Assembly (NCBI GenBank): GCA_965222375.1
Contig: CBDCTZ010000016.1
Location: 2,976,001 to 3,040,000, forward strand
Direction: 5' to 3'
Source of the DNA: Polyangiaceae bacterium
GTDB lineage: Bacteria; Myxococcota_A; Polyangia; Polyangiales; Polyangiaceae
Length of the DNA stretch: 64,000 nt
Below the pieces are notes generated by a model. It made no database searches. It saw only the letters and a program-made list of their open reading frames with translations, and was not told where the DNA came from. Below are positions 39,164 to 49,528 of this stretch, in pieces; the stretch's first letter is position 1, and every line of letters begins with the position of its first letter. The translations under genes and the position numbers were made by a program.

Positions 39164-41308
39164 CTAGCCCTTGCCCGTGACTTTGAGCACCTTCTTCACC
39201 AGGGATTTGGAAAAAATCGAGCCCGCCAGCCCCTTGACAACTGGCACGAGCACCTTGCGCCACGCTTCACGGTCCGCCTTGGACAATTCGACCACGGTCA
39301 TCTTCTTCTTCAGCCGTCGATATGCACGCCGATCCAGGCGGCGAATGCGTTTCGAATTGTGTTTGCTCATGCGCCGTTGGATAACCAGGAAGGTTTCTCG
39401 CAAGTCTGGGGGCAGGTCGTCCAGGGCTCGCTTGCGAAACGTGAGCGCGCCGATGGCGCATACGCTCGACGTGGCTGCAATGTGGTCCAAGCTGGATGCC
39501 CATTGAAGCTGCTCGGCGGCTAGCGCAGGAGCGTTGACGATATTGATCCGACCCGCGCGCAGGGCTGGCAAGACCTCCGTCACCGACACCGGCACGGGCA
39601 CGACACCGCCGATCTTGGCGTAGACCTTGGGGCCGATGGGCTCGTTGCGCCAAACCGCGGGGCGCTTGCCCTTGATGTCGCTTGGGCGCCTGACCGCGAA
39701 GCCTCTCGACATCTGCCGGACCAGCCCAATGTCGCCCCAGCCCAGAATGATGAAGCCCTTCTTTTCGAAGCGTTGCTCGATGTCCGGCCCGATCGCCTTG
39801 CGCACCTTGTCCAACGCGCGCCAGGAGTCGACCACGCCGGGCATCTGCATCACCAATACGTCCCGGTGAATCCTAGAAAGCCCCACGCTGGCCAACGCTG
39901 CGCCGTCGAGTTGGCCAGTCTTCATCTTGCTGACCATGGCTCCTTCGTTTCCCGCCACGGCGTTGTAGTAGACCTCGAGCTCGAGGCGCCCCTTGGTCTT
40001 CTTGGCAACGGCCTTCTTCCAGACGCGGAACACCTTGCCCCAAGCGCTGCGTTTTGGTGCCAAAGTGGCGACCCGGATCTTCTTCTTGGGAGCCGCTTCT
40101 GCGTTGGTGCTGAAGGTGGCGAAACCGAGCAGGAGGCTGAGAGCAACAACCGGCTTTGCGTGACGCAATAGGGCGGAGCTGCGCCGACGTCGGCGACCGA
40201 TGGCCAAGAGTAGTCCCGCGAAGGCAAGCAGCGGCCACGCCGAATGCGTGGTGCTCTTGGTCGCGCGACAGCTGCACCCGCCATCATCGGAACTGGTTCC
40301 AGCTCCGGGAGTTGCGCCGGCGCTACCGGCCGCGGCGCCAATGCCGGCGCCCCCGCCGGAGCTCGCACCGGCCGTCCCGGATCCGCCGCTGCCGGACTGT
40401 CCTCCCGCTCCGGAACTACCACCCCCTGCTGCGGCACCCGCAGCCCCTGCCGCACCGGCAGCCCCACCGCTGCCCGTAGTTCCACAGTCTGCGGGGCAGT
40501 TTTGGGGTGTCTCGATGCCAGCGCTGCAGGTCTTGTCCCCACACTCGGTGGTGAGCTCCAAGGTGACGCGCGAATACGTCACGCCCAGCGGGCCGCCTTT
40601 GGTTGGGCCGTCCCACAGCCCGCAGGAGTTGTGACTGCTGCCGCCGCAAGCGTTGACGGTGACGTACCATTGGGATGCCGAAATCACGCCCGCCGGCGAG
40701 GTTGCACTGAGGTCGACGGTCTTCTTTCCCCCTCCCGGCGTGAAGCTCAATTGGTCGACGTTATCGCTCCAGTCCTGGACGATCGTGAAAGGGCCTGCGC
40801 CGTTGAGCCATCCCTTGCTCGAGCCCCCTTCGCCTGTGCACAGTTTCCAGTCGCTGCATCCGGCGTCGAATAGATTGAAGTATCCGCGCCCTTGCGCCAT
40901 GACGGTGTTGTCTTCGCGGTACGCGATGTACAAACTCGATAATGAGGCATTGCCCGCTCCAACAGGCTTGAAGGGCTTTGTGTTCGGCCGGAGCGCGACC
41001 AAGTGGTAACTCTCGAAATATCCCTTGGGGCCAGCTAGTTCAGGGGACGAAAACTCCGTGGTGAGCTTGCCCCGACGCGCATCAATTCCCGTCGGCAGGG
41101 CGAAGTGCATGAAGTCCTTGCGGGAAGTCGTCTTCCAGCCCTGATTGGAAAACGTGCCGCCGCTGACGCTGCCGTTCCGAGCCTGCAAGAAGGCGTCGAG
41201 CGCTGCTTTGCCCTGGGTCAGAGGAACATCGACGGAATAGGAAATGGGTACCGCTAACGCCGGTGAGGACAGAGTGAGGCATGCTGCAAAAGCTCGAATC
41301 AAGCGCAT
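39164..41308 (-). CDS. Secreted MYXO-CTERM-like protein fused in frame to a TRAP substrate-binding protein (DctP-like)
   Basis: Signal peptide, CGD..C...ET...CPADC, Gly/Ala linker, GGCSC-TM-RRRRR, then a second signal-like segment and ATLAP.....W...GQLDGA. Confidence 0.75.
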   Translation of the reverse strand: MRLIRAFAACLTLSSPALAVPISYSVDVPLTQGKAALDAFLQARNGSVSGGTFSNQGWKTTSRKDFMHFALPTGIDARRGKLTTEFSSPELAGPKGYFESYHLVALRPNTKPFKPVGAGNASLSSLYIAYREDNTVMAQGRGYFNLFDAGCSDWKLCTGEGGSSKGWLNGAGPFTIVQDWSDNVDQLSFTPGGGKKTVDLSATSPAGVISASQWYVTVNACGGSSHNSCGLWDGPTKGGPLGVTYSRVTLELTTECGDKTCSAGIETPQNCPADCGTTGSGGAAGAAGAAGAAAGGGSSGAGGQSGSGGSGTAGASSGGGAGIGAAAGSAGATPGAGTSSDDGGCSCRATKSTTHSAWPLLAFAGLLLAIGRRRRRSSALLRHAKPVVALSLLLGFATFSTNAEAAPKKKIRVATLAPKRSAWGKVFRVWKKAVAKKTKGRLELEVYYNAVAGNEGAMVSKMKTGQLDGAALASVGLSRIHRDVLVMQMPGVVDSWRALDKVRKAIGPDIEQRFEKKGFIILGWGDIGLVRQMSRGFAVRRPSDIKGKRPAVWRNEPIGPKVYAKIGGVVPVPVSVTEVLPALRAGRINIVNAPALAAEQLQWASSLDHIAATSSVCAIGALTFRKRALDDLPPDLRETFLVIQRRMSKHNSKRIRRLDRRAYRRLKKKMTVVELSKADREAWRKVLVPVVKGLAGSIFSKSLVKKVLKVTGKG

Positions 41309-41407
41309 CCACGGTACTTTAGCGCGTCCAGCGGACTTAGGCCGGCGCTTCCCGATGCTAGGGATTTCTGGCTCTTGGCCGCTGCGAAATTGCCGTATTC
41401 TGCGCGG

Positions 41408-42888
41408 GTGGGGAGCAATCGATTTCGTCGGGCGCCGACGATGTTGCACAGCATCAACCGCGAAGGACGGATCGTCGAAGTCAGCGATCTGTGGTTGGAA
41501 ACCCTCGGCTACACGCGAGAGGAGGTCGTGGGCCGCCTCTCGACGGAGTTCTTGACGGAAGACAGCCGGCGCTACGCTCGTGATGTGGTCTTACCCGCGT
41601 TCTTCGAAACGGGTTACGGCGACGTCGAATACGACATGGTTTGCAAGGACGGTCGCATATTGCCTGTTCGACTGCGCGCATCTGCCGAGCGTTCTGAAGA
41701 TGGCCAAGTCGAAACCAGCAATGCGGCCCTCGAAGACCTGACAGAGCGTCGAGAGCTCGAGAAGAAGATGCTGTACGCCCAGAAGCTCGAGAGCTTGGGC
41801 CTAATGGCGGGTGGCATCGCCCACGACTTCAACAACTTGTTGGTGAGTATTCTAGGCAACGCCCAGCTAGCCCTCGCGGAGGTTCGCAATCAACCGGGCG
41901 CGACGGCCCGGCTCACCGACATCATGACCGTGTCACGTCGTGCTGCCGATCTCTGCCGCCAGCTCTTGGCCTACAGTGGGCGTGGTCGGGTCGAAGACAG
42001 CGTGTTGGACGTTGCTGAACTGGTGCGGGACACTACTTAGGTGCTCGAGGCCAGCGTGGGGCGTGACGCCTTGGTGAAGCTGGACTTGGCGCCCGGGCTC
42101 AGCGTCACCGGGGACCCGACGCAGCTCCGCCAGGTCATCATGAACCTGGTCCTCAACGCTGGCGAGGCGCTGGAGGGCAACCGCGGCCTGATCAACATTG
42201 TGTCCTCCGTGCGCCAGTTGGATGAAGCCACCATAGCTCGGAGCTCGAATACAGGCGTCCGACTCGGGCCCTATGTCTGCATCGAGGTTGCGGATACGGG
42301 CTGCGGGATTTCGCCGGAAGCCCTGGAGTGCATCTTCGACCCCTTCTTCACTACCAAGATTCGGGTCACGGGTTGGGGCTCGCGGCAGTACACGGCATCG
42401 TGCGCGCTCATCACGGCACGATCACCGTTGGCAGCGAGCTGGGCAGAGGTTCGAGCTTCCGGATCTTCCTACCATCCAGCGATCCCCTGGAGGTGCCCGT
42501 GCGTTCGGGGGGGCGGGTCTCCCCAGGCACTACCCTGGTCGTGGACGACGACGAGGCCGTGCGCAACACGCTCTCACGCCTCCTGGAGCAAGCGGGCTAC
42601 ACGGCCCTGAGTGCATCGAGCGGCGAAGAGGCGCTGTTGATCGCTCGCGCGCGGGGCAACGAGATCAATGTGTTCTTGGTCGATGTCTCCATGCCTGGGC
42701 TGACCGGGCCGGAGGTCTTCGACAGCATTCGCGAGATGATTCCAGATGCGAAGGTCATCTTGATGAGCGGCTACAATCACGTTGACAGTGTGCGGCGCTG
42801 CGCATCCCGGGGGCTCCTCGGATTCTTGCAGAAGCCCTTCATGTTGGAGGACTTTCAAGCGCTGATGGAATCCAGCCAAGGCGAGTAG
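41408..42888 (+). pseudogene. PAS hybrid histidine kinase (PAS-HisKA-HATPase-REC), disrupted
   Basis: AHDFNNLL; in-frame TAG at 42038-42040; 1-nt deletion at ~42358 between FFTTK and SGHGLGL; REC domain continues in the other frame. Confidence 0.85.
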
Positions 42889-42913
42889 CCCGGGCGCCGG
42901 GAGCCCCCGCTTT

Positions 42914-44377
42914 TCACAGCGGTGGCGCCAAGCCAAACAAAGCAAGTTCGCCCGAGCGAGCAAGTTCAAAGCCAACGCTGCGGGCGACGTCGCGATGCCT
43001 GCCGCCACTTGTGACCAACAGGCTGGCCTGCTTTTCTGCAAGGGCAGCGCGCAGTGAATCGCCGTTGGTGAACGGATCCAGCGACGGCGTCTTGCGAGGA
43101 TCGCGATCGTCGAGGGGCTGAGATAGCCGCGGATCCCCATGCCCGGCAAGCACGGCATAGAAGCCGAAATCGGGCGTATCCACCAGCAGTCGCGCCTGCG
43201 GGTTGCTGACTCGGGCGGCGCGGCCCAGGGCCATGTGGGTGCTCCGGTCGATGAAGCCGTCCCGACGCGCAAACCACGGCCGCAGCCAGAGCAGACTGCC
43301 CAGCACGCCCATCGCCAAAGCCGCTGTGAGCGCGCGCCGAGCAACCGGGGAAAGAGACGGGGGAACTGCGACTGCCAGCCCACCCACCCAAAGCGCCGTC
43401 GCCAGCCACAGAGCCAACACGACTCGCTCTTCATGATGCGTAGCGGCTGCGCTACGTACGTCGGCGGCGACCACGAAGCCCAACAGCACTGCCAAACAGA
43501 CAAAGAAGCGTCCTTGCCCACCTCGCATTCGCTGTCCCGCGACACGAGCTGCCACGAGCAGCACGAGCAGAGCCGCAACCAGTTCTGGTTCACAGCGCAA
43601 GAAGGCGACAGGTTTGGACAGCAGCGCGAGCACGAAGGAGTCCGCCTCCGCTCCAATCGCGCGCTGATAGTCCGCTACCCGTTTTACGAAAAAGAGCGGA
43701 TGGCCGTGGTTTACGCTACCGTGAATCATCCACGCACAAGGTCCGCTGACTGAGACCAAGGCCACCCACAGTTTAGAAAGCTGGTGGCGGGCGTCCCACA
43801 GCGCGAACCCCGCAAAGGCGGCGGCGACCGGCCAGGCTTCGTATCGTGACAGACACGCGGCGGTCAGAGCCAAGGCTCCCAATAGCTGGGTCCTCAACGA
43901 TGATTGGGACAGGCTGGTACTGGCGCCGAAGACGATGAGCGCCGCGGTGGCGAGTTCGGGCACCGTCGCGACCCCCAGCCATGCGGAATAGGGGAAGGCG
44001 CCCCCGAGGGCAGCGCCCAGCAGGGCCTGCCTAGGCGAGAAACCGAGCCGCTGCGCGGCGGCGAAGCAGAGCGCCACGGCCGCGAGTCCGAGCGCCAAAC
44101 TCACGCTGCGAGCGACCCAGGGCTCCCGGGAAAGCACCAGCATGACGCCGCCATTGAGCCAAAAGGGGAGGGGCAGCCAGCTGGTTTGGCTTGGATCGAA
44201 GGACGGAGCGACGGCGAAACGCTGAGCAATCACGATCCGTGCGTAGTCGTCATCGGAGAGTGCTTTGAAGCCTCCGAGCACGACTAAAATCGAGACTAGT
44301 AGCTTGAAGCCGATGGCAAGGCCGAGGGCTCGAGACCAGGACCCACTAGAACCGATTGAGCGGACTCGTTGCGTCAC
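42914..44377 (-). CDS. Integral membrane glycosyltransferase-like protein (GT-C/PMT-like)
   Basis: SDDDYAR first loop, WLPLP, RYEAW and many TM helices. Confidence 0.65.
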   Translation of the reverse strand: MTQRVRSIGSSGSWSRALGLAIGFKLLVSILVVLGGFKALSDDDYARIVIAQRFAVAPSFDPSQTSWLPLPFWLNGGVMLVLSREPWVARSVSLALGLAAVALCFAAAQRLGFSPRQALLGAALGGAFPYSAWLGVATVPELATAALIVFGASTSLSQSSLRTQLLGALALTAACLSRYEAWPVAAAFAGFALWDARHQLSKLWVALVSVSGPCAWMIHGSVNHGHPLFFVKRVADYQRAIGAEADSFVLALLSKPVAFLRCEPELVAALLVLLVAARVAGQRMRGGQGRFFVCLAVLLGFVVAADVRSAAATHHEERVVLALWLATALWVGGLAVAVPPSLSPVARRALTAALAMGVLGSLLWLRPWFARRDGFIDRSTHMALGRAARVSNPQARLLVDTPDFGFYAVLAGHGDPRLSQPLDDRDPRKTPSLDPFTNGDSLRAALAEKQASLLVTSGGRHRDVARSVGFELARSGELALFGLAPPL

Positions 44378-44409
44378 GACGCGCCTGAGAGCACGCGACG
44401 GCCCTCGCG

Positions 44410-44739
44410 CTACTTGGAGTCAGCAGGCTTGGGGCTTCCCTGGCCGATTTCGACTTTTTCCGGAGCCGGCTTGGTCCCTCGCTCCAGTAGCGATTCATCG
44501 GTACTGGTGGAGAGGTAAGCGAGCGTGATGCTGCTCAGGAAGAAGATCGTCGCCGTCACCCAAGTCATGCGAGTCAGGAAGTTTCCAGCGCCACGGCCAC
44601 CGAACACCTGCTGAGCGGCTGCACCGGAGAGAGCTCCGAGCCCACCGGACTTCCCTGGCTGGATCAGAATGACCAGCATCAGGAAGATGCACGCCACGAT
44701 GTGCACGACAGTGAGTGGGGTTTTTATGAACTCGCCCAT
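44410..44739 (-). CDS. secG: Preprotein translocase subunit SecG
   Basis: ILIQPGKSGG...FGGRGAGNFLTRMT; follows tpiA. Confidence 0.93.
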   Translation of the reverse strand: MGEFIKTPLTVVHIVACIFLMLVILIQPGKSGGLGALSGAAAQQVFGGRGAGNFLTRMTWVTATIFFLSSITLAYLSTSTDESLLERGTKPAPEKVEIGQGSPKPADSK

Positions 44740-44744
44740 GGCAA

Positions 44745-45506
44745 TCAGACCGCTGAAGGTGCCGCTTCCACGATTTTCGAGAAACTCTCGGCGGAAAGCG
44801 AAGCGCCTCCCACTAGCGCGCCGTCTACGTTCGCACAACCCAAAAGCCCTTTGGCGTTGTCGGGTTTGACGCTTCCGCCGTAGAGAATCCGAGCTGCATC
44901 CGCGAAATCATTGGAGATTTTTGCGAGGCGGCCCCGGATGGCGGCGTGGACCTCTTCAGCTTGCTCGGGCCCTGCAACCTTTCCGGTCCCGATCGCCCAA
45001 ACAGGCTCATAGGCAATTGCGCCGAATGCGGGGCGCTTGGAGAGCAACTGTGCAAAAGCATCTACCTGCCGAAACACCACATCCATCGTGTTGCCAGCGT
45101 CCCGCTCCTCCAGGGTTTCTCCGACGCACACCATGGGACGCAGGCCCGCTTCGAGGGCCGCAGCCACCTTTTCGCTCACCGACTCGTCCGTTTCCCCAAA
45201 CAACTGGCGCCGCTCGCTGTGTCCGATGATGACCCAGGTGCAGCCCGCCTCACGCAACATCGACGCGCTGACCTCACCCGTGAAGGCCCCCTCGGGCTTT
45301 GCGTGGAAGTTCTGTGCGGCTAGCCCGACACGGCTGCCACCTAGCTCATGAGCGACGGCAGCCAGCGCAGTAAACGGTGGGGCGATCACGACCTCGATGG
45401 CCGCGAGATCCCCGCAGGCCGTGACGATGCCTTGTGCCAGTTCGACGCCCTCCGCGCCGCCTTTGAACATCTTCCAATTGCCTGCAATCAGCGGTTGGCG
45501 CTTCAT
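44745..45506 (-). CDS. tpiA: Triosephosphate isomerase
   Basis: AGNWKM, GHSERR, AYEPVWAIGTG, YGGSV. Confidence 0.98.
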   Translation of the reverse strand: MKRQPLIAGNWKMFKGGAEGVELAQGIVTACGDLAAIEVVIAPPFTALAAVAHELGGSRVGLAAQNFHAKPEGAFTGEVSASMLREAGCTWVIIGHSERRQLFGETDESVSEKVAAALEAGLRPMVCVGETLEERDAGNTMDVVFRQVDAFAQLLSKRPAFGAIAYEPVWAIGTGKVAGPEQAEEVHAAIRGRLAKISNDFADAARILYGGSVKPDNAKGLLGCANVDGALVGGASLSAESFSKIVEAAPSAV

Positions 45507-45533
45507 CGTTTTCCTCCAAGCGGATGCGAAGCC

Positions 45534-46739
45534 TCAGGCGCGGGAGCCGCGTAGAGCTTCGACACCGGGTAATTGCTTGCCTTCCACGAGTTCCAAGGCC
45601 GCGCCACCACCTGTGGAAACGAAGCCAACCTTGTCCGCCAGTCCAGATTTTCGAACCGCCGCTGCGCTGTCACCACCCCCGACCACGGTGAAGGCGTTGC
45701 TGTCCACGAGTGCGCGAGCGACGCCGTCAGTCCCCGCCGAGAACGCTGGACTCTCGAACAACCCCATGGGGCCGTTCCAAAACACCGTCTTGGCGCCGAG
45801 CACGTGGTTTCTGATGGCTTCCACGGTGCCAGGACCGACGTCGAGCGCCATGTGCCCATCCGGAACGGCGCCAATCTTGACGGTCTCGCCCGAGGTGGCA
45901 TCTAGGCCGGACGCGACGACCACGTCGCTGGGGAGCACGATGGCGACGCCCTTTCGTTCGGCCTTCTCCAACAGGGTCCTGCCCGCAGCCAGCCAGTCAG
46001 ATTCGAGCTTGGATGCGCGCATGTCATTGCCCTTCGCCGCCAGCAAGGTGTTGGCCATGGCTCCGCCGATGCAGATTGCATCGCACTTCTCGAGCAGGGA
46101 CTCGATGACGCCGATCTTGTCCTTGACCTTGGCGCCACCAAGCACCGCGACGAAGGGACGTTCCGGTGTCTCGAGTACACGAGACAGTGACTCCACTTCG
46201 CCCTTGAGCAGGAACCCCATGGCCCGCTTTGGAGTCTGCCGCGCCAACCCGTTCACGCTCGCATGGGCGCGATGCGCGGCCCCAAAGGCGTCGTTGACGT
46301 AGACGCTGCAGAGCTTTGCCAGCTCTTTGACGAAGCCCTCCTCGTTCTTCTCTTCTTCGGCGTGAAAGCGCAGGTTCTCTAGCAAGCAGACTTGGCCTTC
46401 ACGCAGGTCGTGAATGACCTTCTTGGGCGCTTCGCCAATGCAATCATCGGGGACATGCACTTCCAGCTTCATGAGCTCGGCTAGCCGTTTGCCCACGCGC
46501 TCCATGGACAGCTCAGGACTGACTTTGCCTTTGGGGCGGCCTAGATGCGAGGCGAGGATGACTTTCGCTCCGCTCTTGACCGCGTGCTCGATGGTGGGGA
46601 TTGCCGCGACGATGCGCTCGTCATCCGTGATTTCCCCCGTCTGCTTATCCCGGGGCACGTTGAAGTCCACGCGGATGAACACCCGCTCACCCGCGAGCTC
46701 CAGTTCGTCGATGCACTTGATCCCATCGAGCATGCTCAT
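45534..46739 (-). CDS. pgk: Phosphoglycerate kinase
   Basis: RVDFNVP, SHLGRP, LENLRF, WNGPMG, STGGGA. Confidence 0.98.
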   Translation of the reverse strand: MSMLDGIKCIDELELAGERVFIRVDFNVPRDKQTGEITDDERIVAAIPTIEHAVKSGAKVILASHLGRPKGKVSPELSMERVGKRLAELMKLEVHVPDDCIGEAPKKVIHDLREGQVCLLENLRFHAEEEKNEEGFVKELAKLCSVYVNDAFGAAHRAHASVNGLARQTPKRAMGFLLKGEVESLSRVLETPERPFVAVLGGAKVKDKIGVIESLLEKCDAICIGGAMANTLLAAKGNDMRASKLESDWLAAGRTLLEKAERKGVAIVLPSDVVVASGLDATSGETVKIGAVPDGHMALDVGPGTVEAIRNHVLGAKTVFWNGPMGLFESPAFSAGTDGVARALVDSNAFTVVGGGDSAAAVRKSGLADKVGFVSTGGGAALELVEGKQLPGVEALRGSRA

Positions 46740-46747
46740 GGTCAGGC

Positions 46748-47770
46748 TCAGCCTTTCAGTGCCACCAGGCGCGCCAGGTCGATCATTCGGCAGGAGAAAC
46801 CCCACTCGTTGTCGTACCAGGACATGACTTTCGCGAACTTCTCACCCTGCACTCGGGTGAGGGTGGCGTCGAAAATGCTCGAAGCCGGGTTGCCGATGTA
46901 GTCGTTGGAAACCAATGGTTCTTCGGTGTAGTCGAAGACCTTCGCCAAGGGACCGCTCTCCGCCGCTGCCTTCATCGCCTTGTGGATCGCATCCACGCTC
47001 ACGGTCTTCTTGGTTTGCACTGCAAAATCCACCACCGAAACGTTGACGGTGGGCACTCGCATGGCCATTCCGTCGCATTTGCCCTCCAGCTCGGGGATGA
47101 CTTGTGCGATGGCCTTTGCGGCTCCGGTGCTGGTTGGGATCATGCTGACTGCCGCGGCGCGGGCGCGTCGCAGATCACCTTTGCGGTGAGGCAGATCCAG
47201 CAAGTTCTGGTCGTTGGTGTAGGAGTGGATGGTGGTCATCAGCCCGTGTTCGATTCCGAAAGTGTCGAGCATGACCTTGGCCACGGGGGCGAGGCAGTTC
47301 GTGGTGCAAGAGCCGTTGGAAATGACCTGATGCTTGGCTGGGTCATACTCGTCGTCGTTGACGCCGATCACGATGGTCTTGTCGTGATTCTTCGCTGGAG
47401 CGCTGATTAGCACCTTCTTGGCACCGGCTTCCACGTGAGCAATCGCCTTGGCCTTGTCCGTGAAGAGGCCCGTGCACTCGAACACGAGATCCACACCCAG
47501 GCTCTTCCAGGGCAGTTCCTTTGGGTCTCGAATGGCGCTCACGGCGATGTCCTTGCCGCCGACGGTCAGGCCGCTGTCTTTGGTGCCCACTGCCGCCGCG
47601 TTGAAGGTGCGGTGAACCGAGTCGTATTTCAGCAGGTGTGCCAGCACCTTGGTGTCAGTCAGATCGTTGATATGCACGACCTCGAGGTCGGAGACCTTTT
47701 GCTCGGTGATTGCGCGCAAGACACAACGGCCGATTCGGCCAAAACCATTGATCGCGATTTTCGTTGCCAT
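46748..47770 (-). CDS. gap: Glyceraldehyde-3-phosphate dehydrogenase (type I)
   Basis: INGFGRIGR, SCTTNCLAP, WYDNEWG. Confidence 0.98.
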   Translation of the reverse strand: MATKIAINGFGRIGRCVLRAITEQKVSDLEVVHINDLTDTKVLAHLLKYDSVHRTFNAAAVGTKDSGLTVGGKDIAVSAIRDPKELPWKSLGVDLVFECTGLFTDKAKAIAHVEAGAKKVLISAPAKNHDKTIVIGVNDDEYDPAKHQVISNGSCTTNCLAPVAKVMLDTFGIEHGLMTTIHSYTNDQNLLDLPHRKGDLRRARAAAVSMIPTSTGAAKAIAQVIPELEGKCDGMAMRVPTVNVSVVDFAVQTKKTVSVDAIHKAMKAAAESGPLAKVFDYTEEPLVSNDYIGNPASSIFDATLTRVQGEKFAKVMSWYDNEWGFSCRMIDLARLVALKG

Positions 47771-48161
47771 CGAAAACTCCTAGACTGTGCGGCGGTATGC
47801 GCCGCGTCCCTCGGTTGTGCCCCCGCGGGTCGCGCCGTCTTCTCACTAAGGTGGCGCCGCGAGGGGGGCAGCGAAGCTAGCCACGCGCCACTGGACGGTC
47901 AAGGACGCCCAGGGCGCAGGAATTTCACCTTCTGTCGCTGGCCTTCAGGGACTCGCCCACCGCCGCGCGACTCGTAGCTTTTCGGGGAAAACCGGGGCTT
48001 GCGCTGCGAGCTCCCAGCTCACGATCCGGGCAGCAAGCTGGGCCGGACAGGTTGCCCTGACCGAAGTGCGTGCCTGTATCTATGCTCGCTGCCCAAACTT
48101 GTCCTGCCTTCGCGCTGTCAACGCCTTGAATCGGCGGGGCAACCATGAGCACTGTCCTCGC

Positions 48162-48632
48162 GTGAGAGTGTTCCTGGTGCGTCATGCACAGGCCATCGAA
48201 TCCGGAGAGCGCCGGTCGGACGAGCAGCGCTTTCTGACACCAGATGGTCGCGAGACCGCGCGCAAAGTGGGGGCGTGTCTCGAAGCAGAGGGCGTGAGCT
48301 TCGACGCCGTTTTGACGAGCCCACTGGTGCGCGCCGTGCAAACAGCGGAACTGTTGGCGCAAGGCACTGGCTACGCCGGAGTCGTCGAGGCGTTCTTCGC
48401 CCTAGCGCCTGGGCTTCCGCCCCGACTGGTTGCGGAGGAAGTGGGCAATCATGGGCGGGAGGTCGCTGTGGTCGGGCATGAACCCACCATCAGCGCCCTA
48501 GGCGCGTTCCTGACCCAGTCGCCGAGCTTTCCGCCGTTTCGCCCAGGGCAGGTCGTGCTCATCGAGCGCGGCATGCCCAAGTGGGCGATTCGTCCCGACA
48601 CCTTGGAAAAAGTCGACGTGCGCGTGAGCTAG
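48162..48632 (+). CDS. sixA: SixA-like phosphohistidine phosphatase
   Basis: LVRHAQA, R.LT..G, SPLVRAVQTA, VGHEP. Confidence 0.82.
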   Translation: MRVFLVRHAQAIESGERRSDEQRFLTPDGRETARKVGACLEAEGVSFDAVLTSPLVRAVQTAELLAQGTGYAGVVEAFFALAPGLPPRLVAEEVGNHGREVAVVGHEPTISALGAFLTQSPSFPPFRPGQVVLIERGMPKWAIRPDTLEKVDVRVS

Positions 48633-48659
48633 CCAACGCGCTTTCGCGCCTCGACTCGC

Positions 48660-49376
48660 CTAGAAATGGTAGTCGACGGTATAGCCGGCGCAAGTGCTGG
48701 ACTGGTCGATTTGGATGTAGATCGCCGCCGAGTCGTTGTCGGTGATTCCGGGGCAATCGTGCTCGATTTCCAATTCGACCGGTGCTTGTGCACAGCAGCC
48801 CACTAGGCCACCGGGTCCGGTCATCTCCGTGCCGTTGCCACACTTCTTCATGGTGGTGGTCTTGCCGTCTTTGCACTGCGCCCACATGCAAAGGCGGAAG
48901 CCCGCATCATCGGTCTTGGCGTAGGGATTAACGCCACAGGTAATGGTGTCGTTGCCGAAATAGGTGTGCAGGTCGACATCTCCCGGGGCAGCAACGCCCG
49001 TCAATGTGCCGAGTGGGGTGTCCTTGCAACTCAGCTCGCAGGGCGCGCTGGAGCAAACCGGCGTGGCCTTGGGCAGAGTGTCATTGGGTTCCGGCCCCGG
49101 GTCATTGCAGGAGCCGCCTCCGGAGCCCGCTGCCCCGCCGGTGTTGCCTCCACCGGAGCCCGCGACGCCGCCCGTGTTGACCGCACCGGTGCCGCCGGTC
49201 GCCGAGCCCGCACTACCACCGGTCCCTGTCGCACCAGTCCCGCCAGACCCACCGGAAAAAGACCCAGAGATCCCTGCGGTACCACCGCTCGCCGGGCTGT
49301 CCGCGTCGCTGCCACAAGCGACGAGCCCACAAGCACCGCCGACAATCAAAACTGAAAGGCCAACTAGTCGCATCAC
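48660..49376 (-). CDS. Lipoprotein with Gly-rich linker and Cys-rich domain
   Basis: Lipobox LVAC; GGTG repeats; EPNDT motif; many Cys. Confidence 0.75.
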   Translation of the reverse strand: MMRLVGLSVLIVGGACGLVACGSDADSPASGGTAGISGSFSGGSGGTGATGTGGSAGSATGGTGAVNTGGVAGSGGGNTGGAAGSGGGSCNDPGPEPNDTLPKATPVCSSAPCELSCKDTPLGTLTGVAAPGDVDLHTYFGNDTITCGVNPYAKTDDAGFRLCMWAQCKDGKTTTMKKCGNGTEMTGPGGLVGCCAQAPVELEIEHDCPGITDNDSAAIYIQIDQSSTCAGYTVDYHF

Positions 49377-49528
49377 GTGATCTTACACGACTCGCCGCCG
49401 CGCACAGGGGCGTTTTTTGTCTGGGATTCGGCGGGGTTGCAGCGGCGCCGCCCTCGCCACCCGGGAAACCGAGCCCGGACACACGCCCAGCCCACTTCTG
49501 GCTCAGCGCCCGAAACACGCCACAGCTC

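Noticed and set aside
42038..42040. Amber readthrough or pyrrolysine recoding
   Set aside because: A second frameshift in the same gene and the absence of pyl genes favour simple decay.
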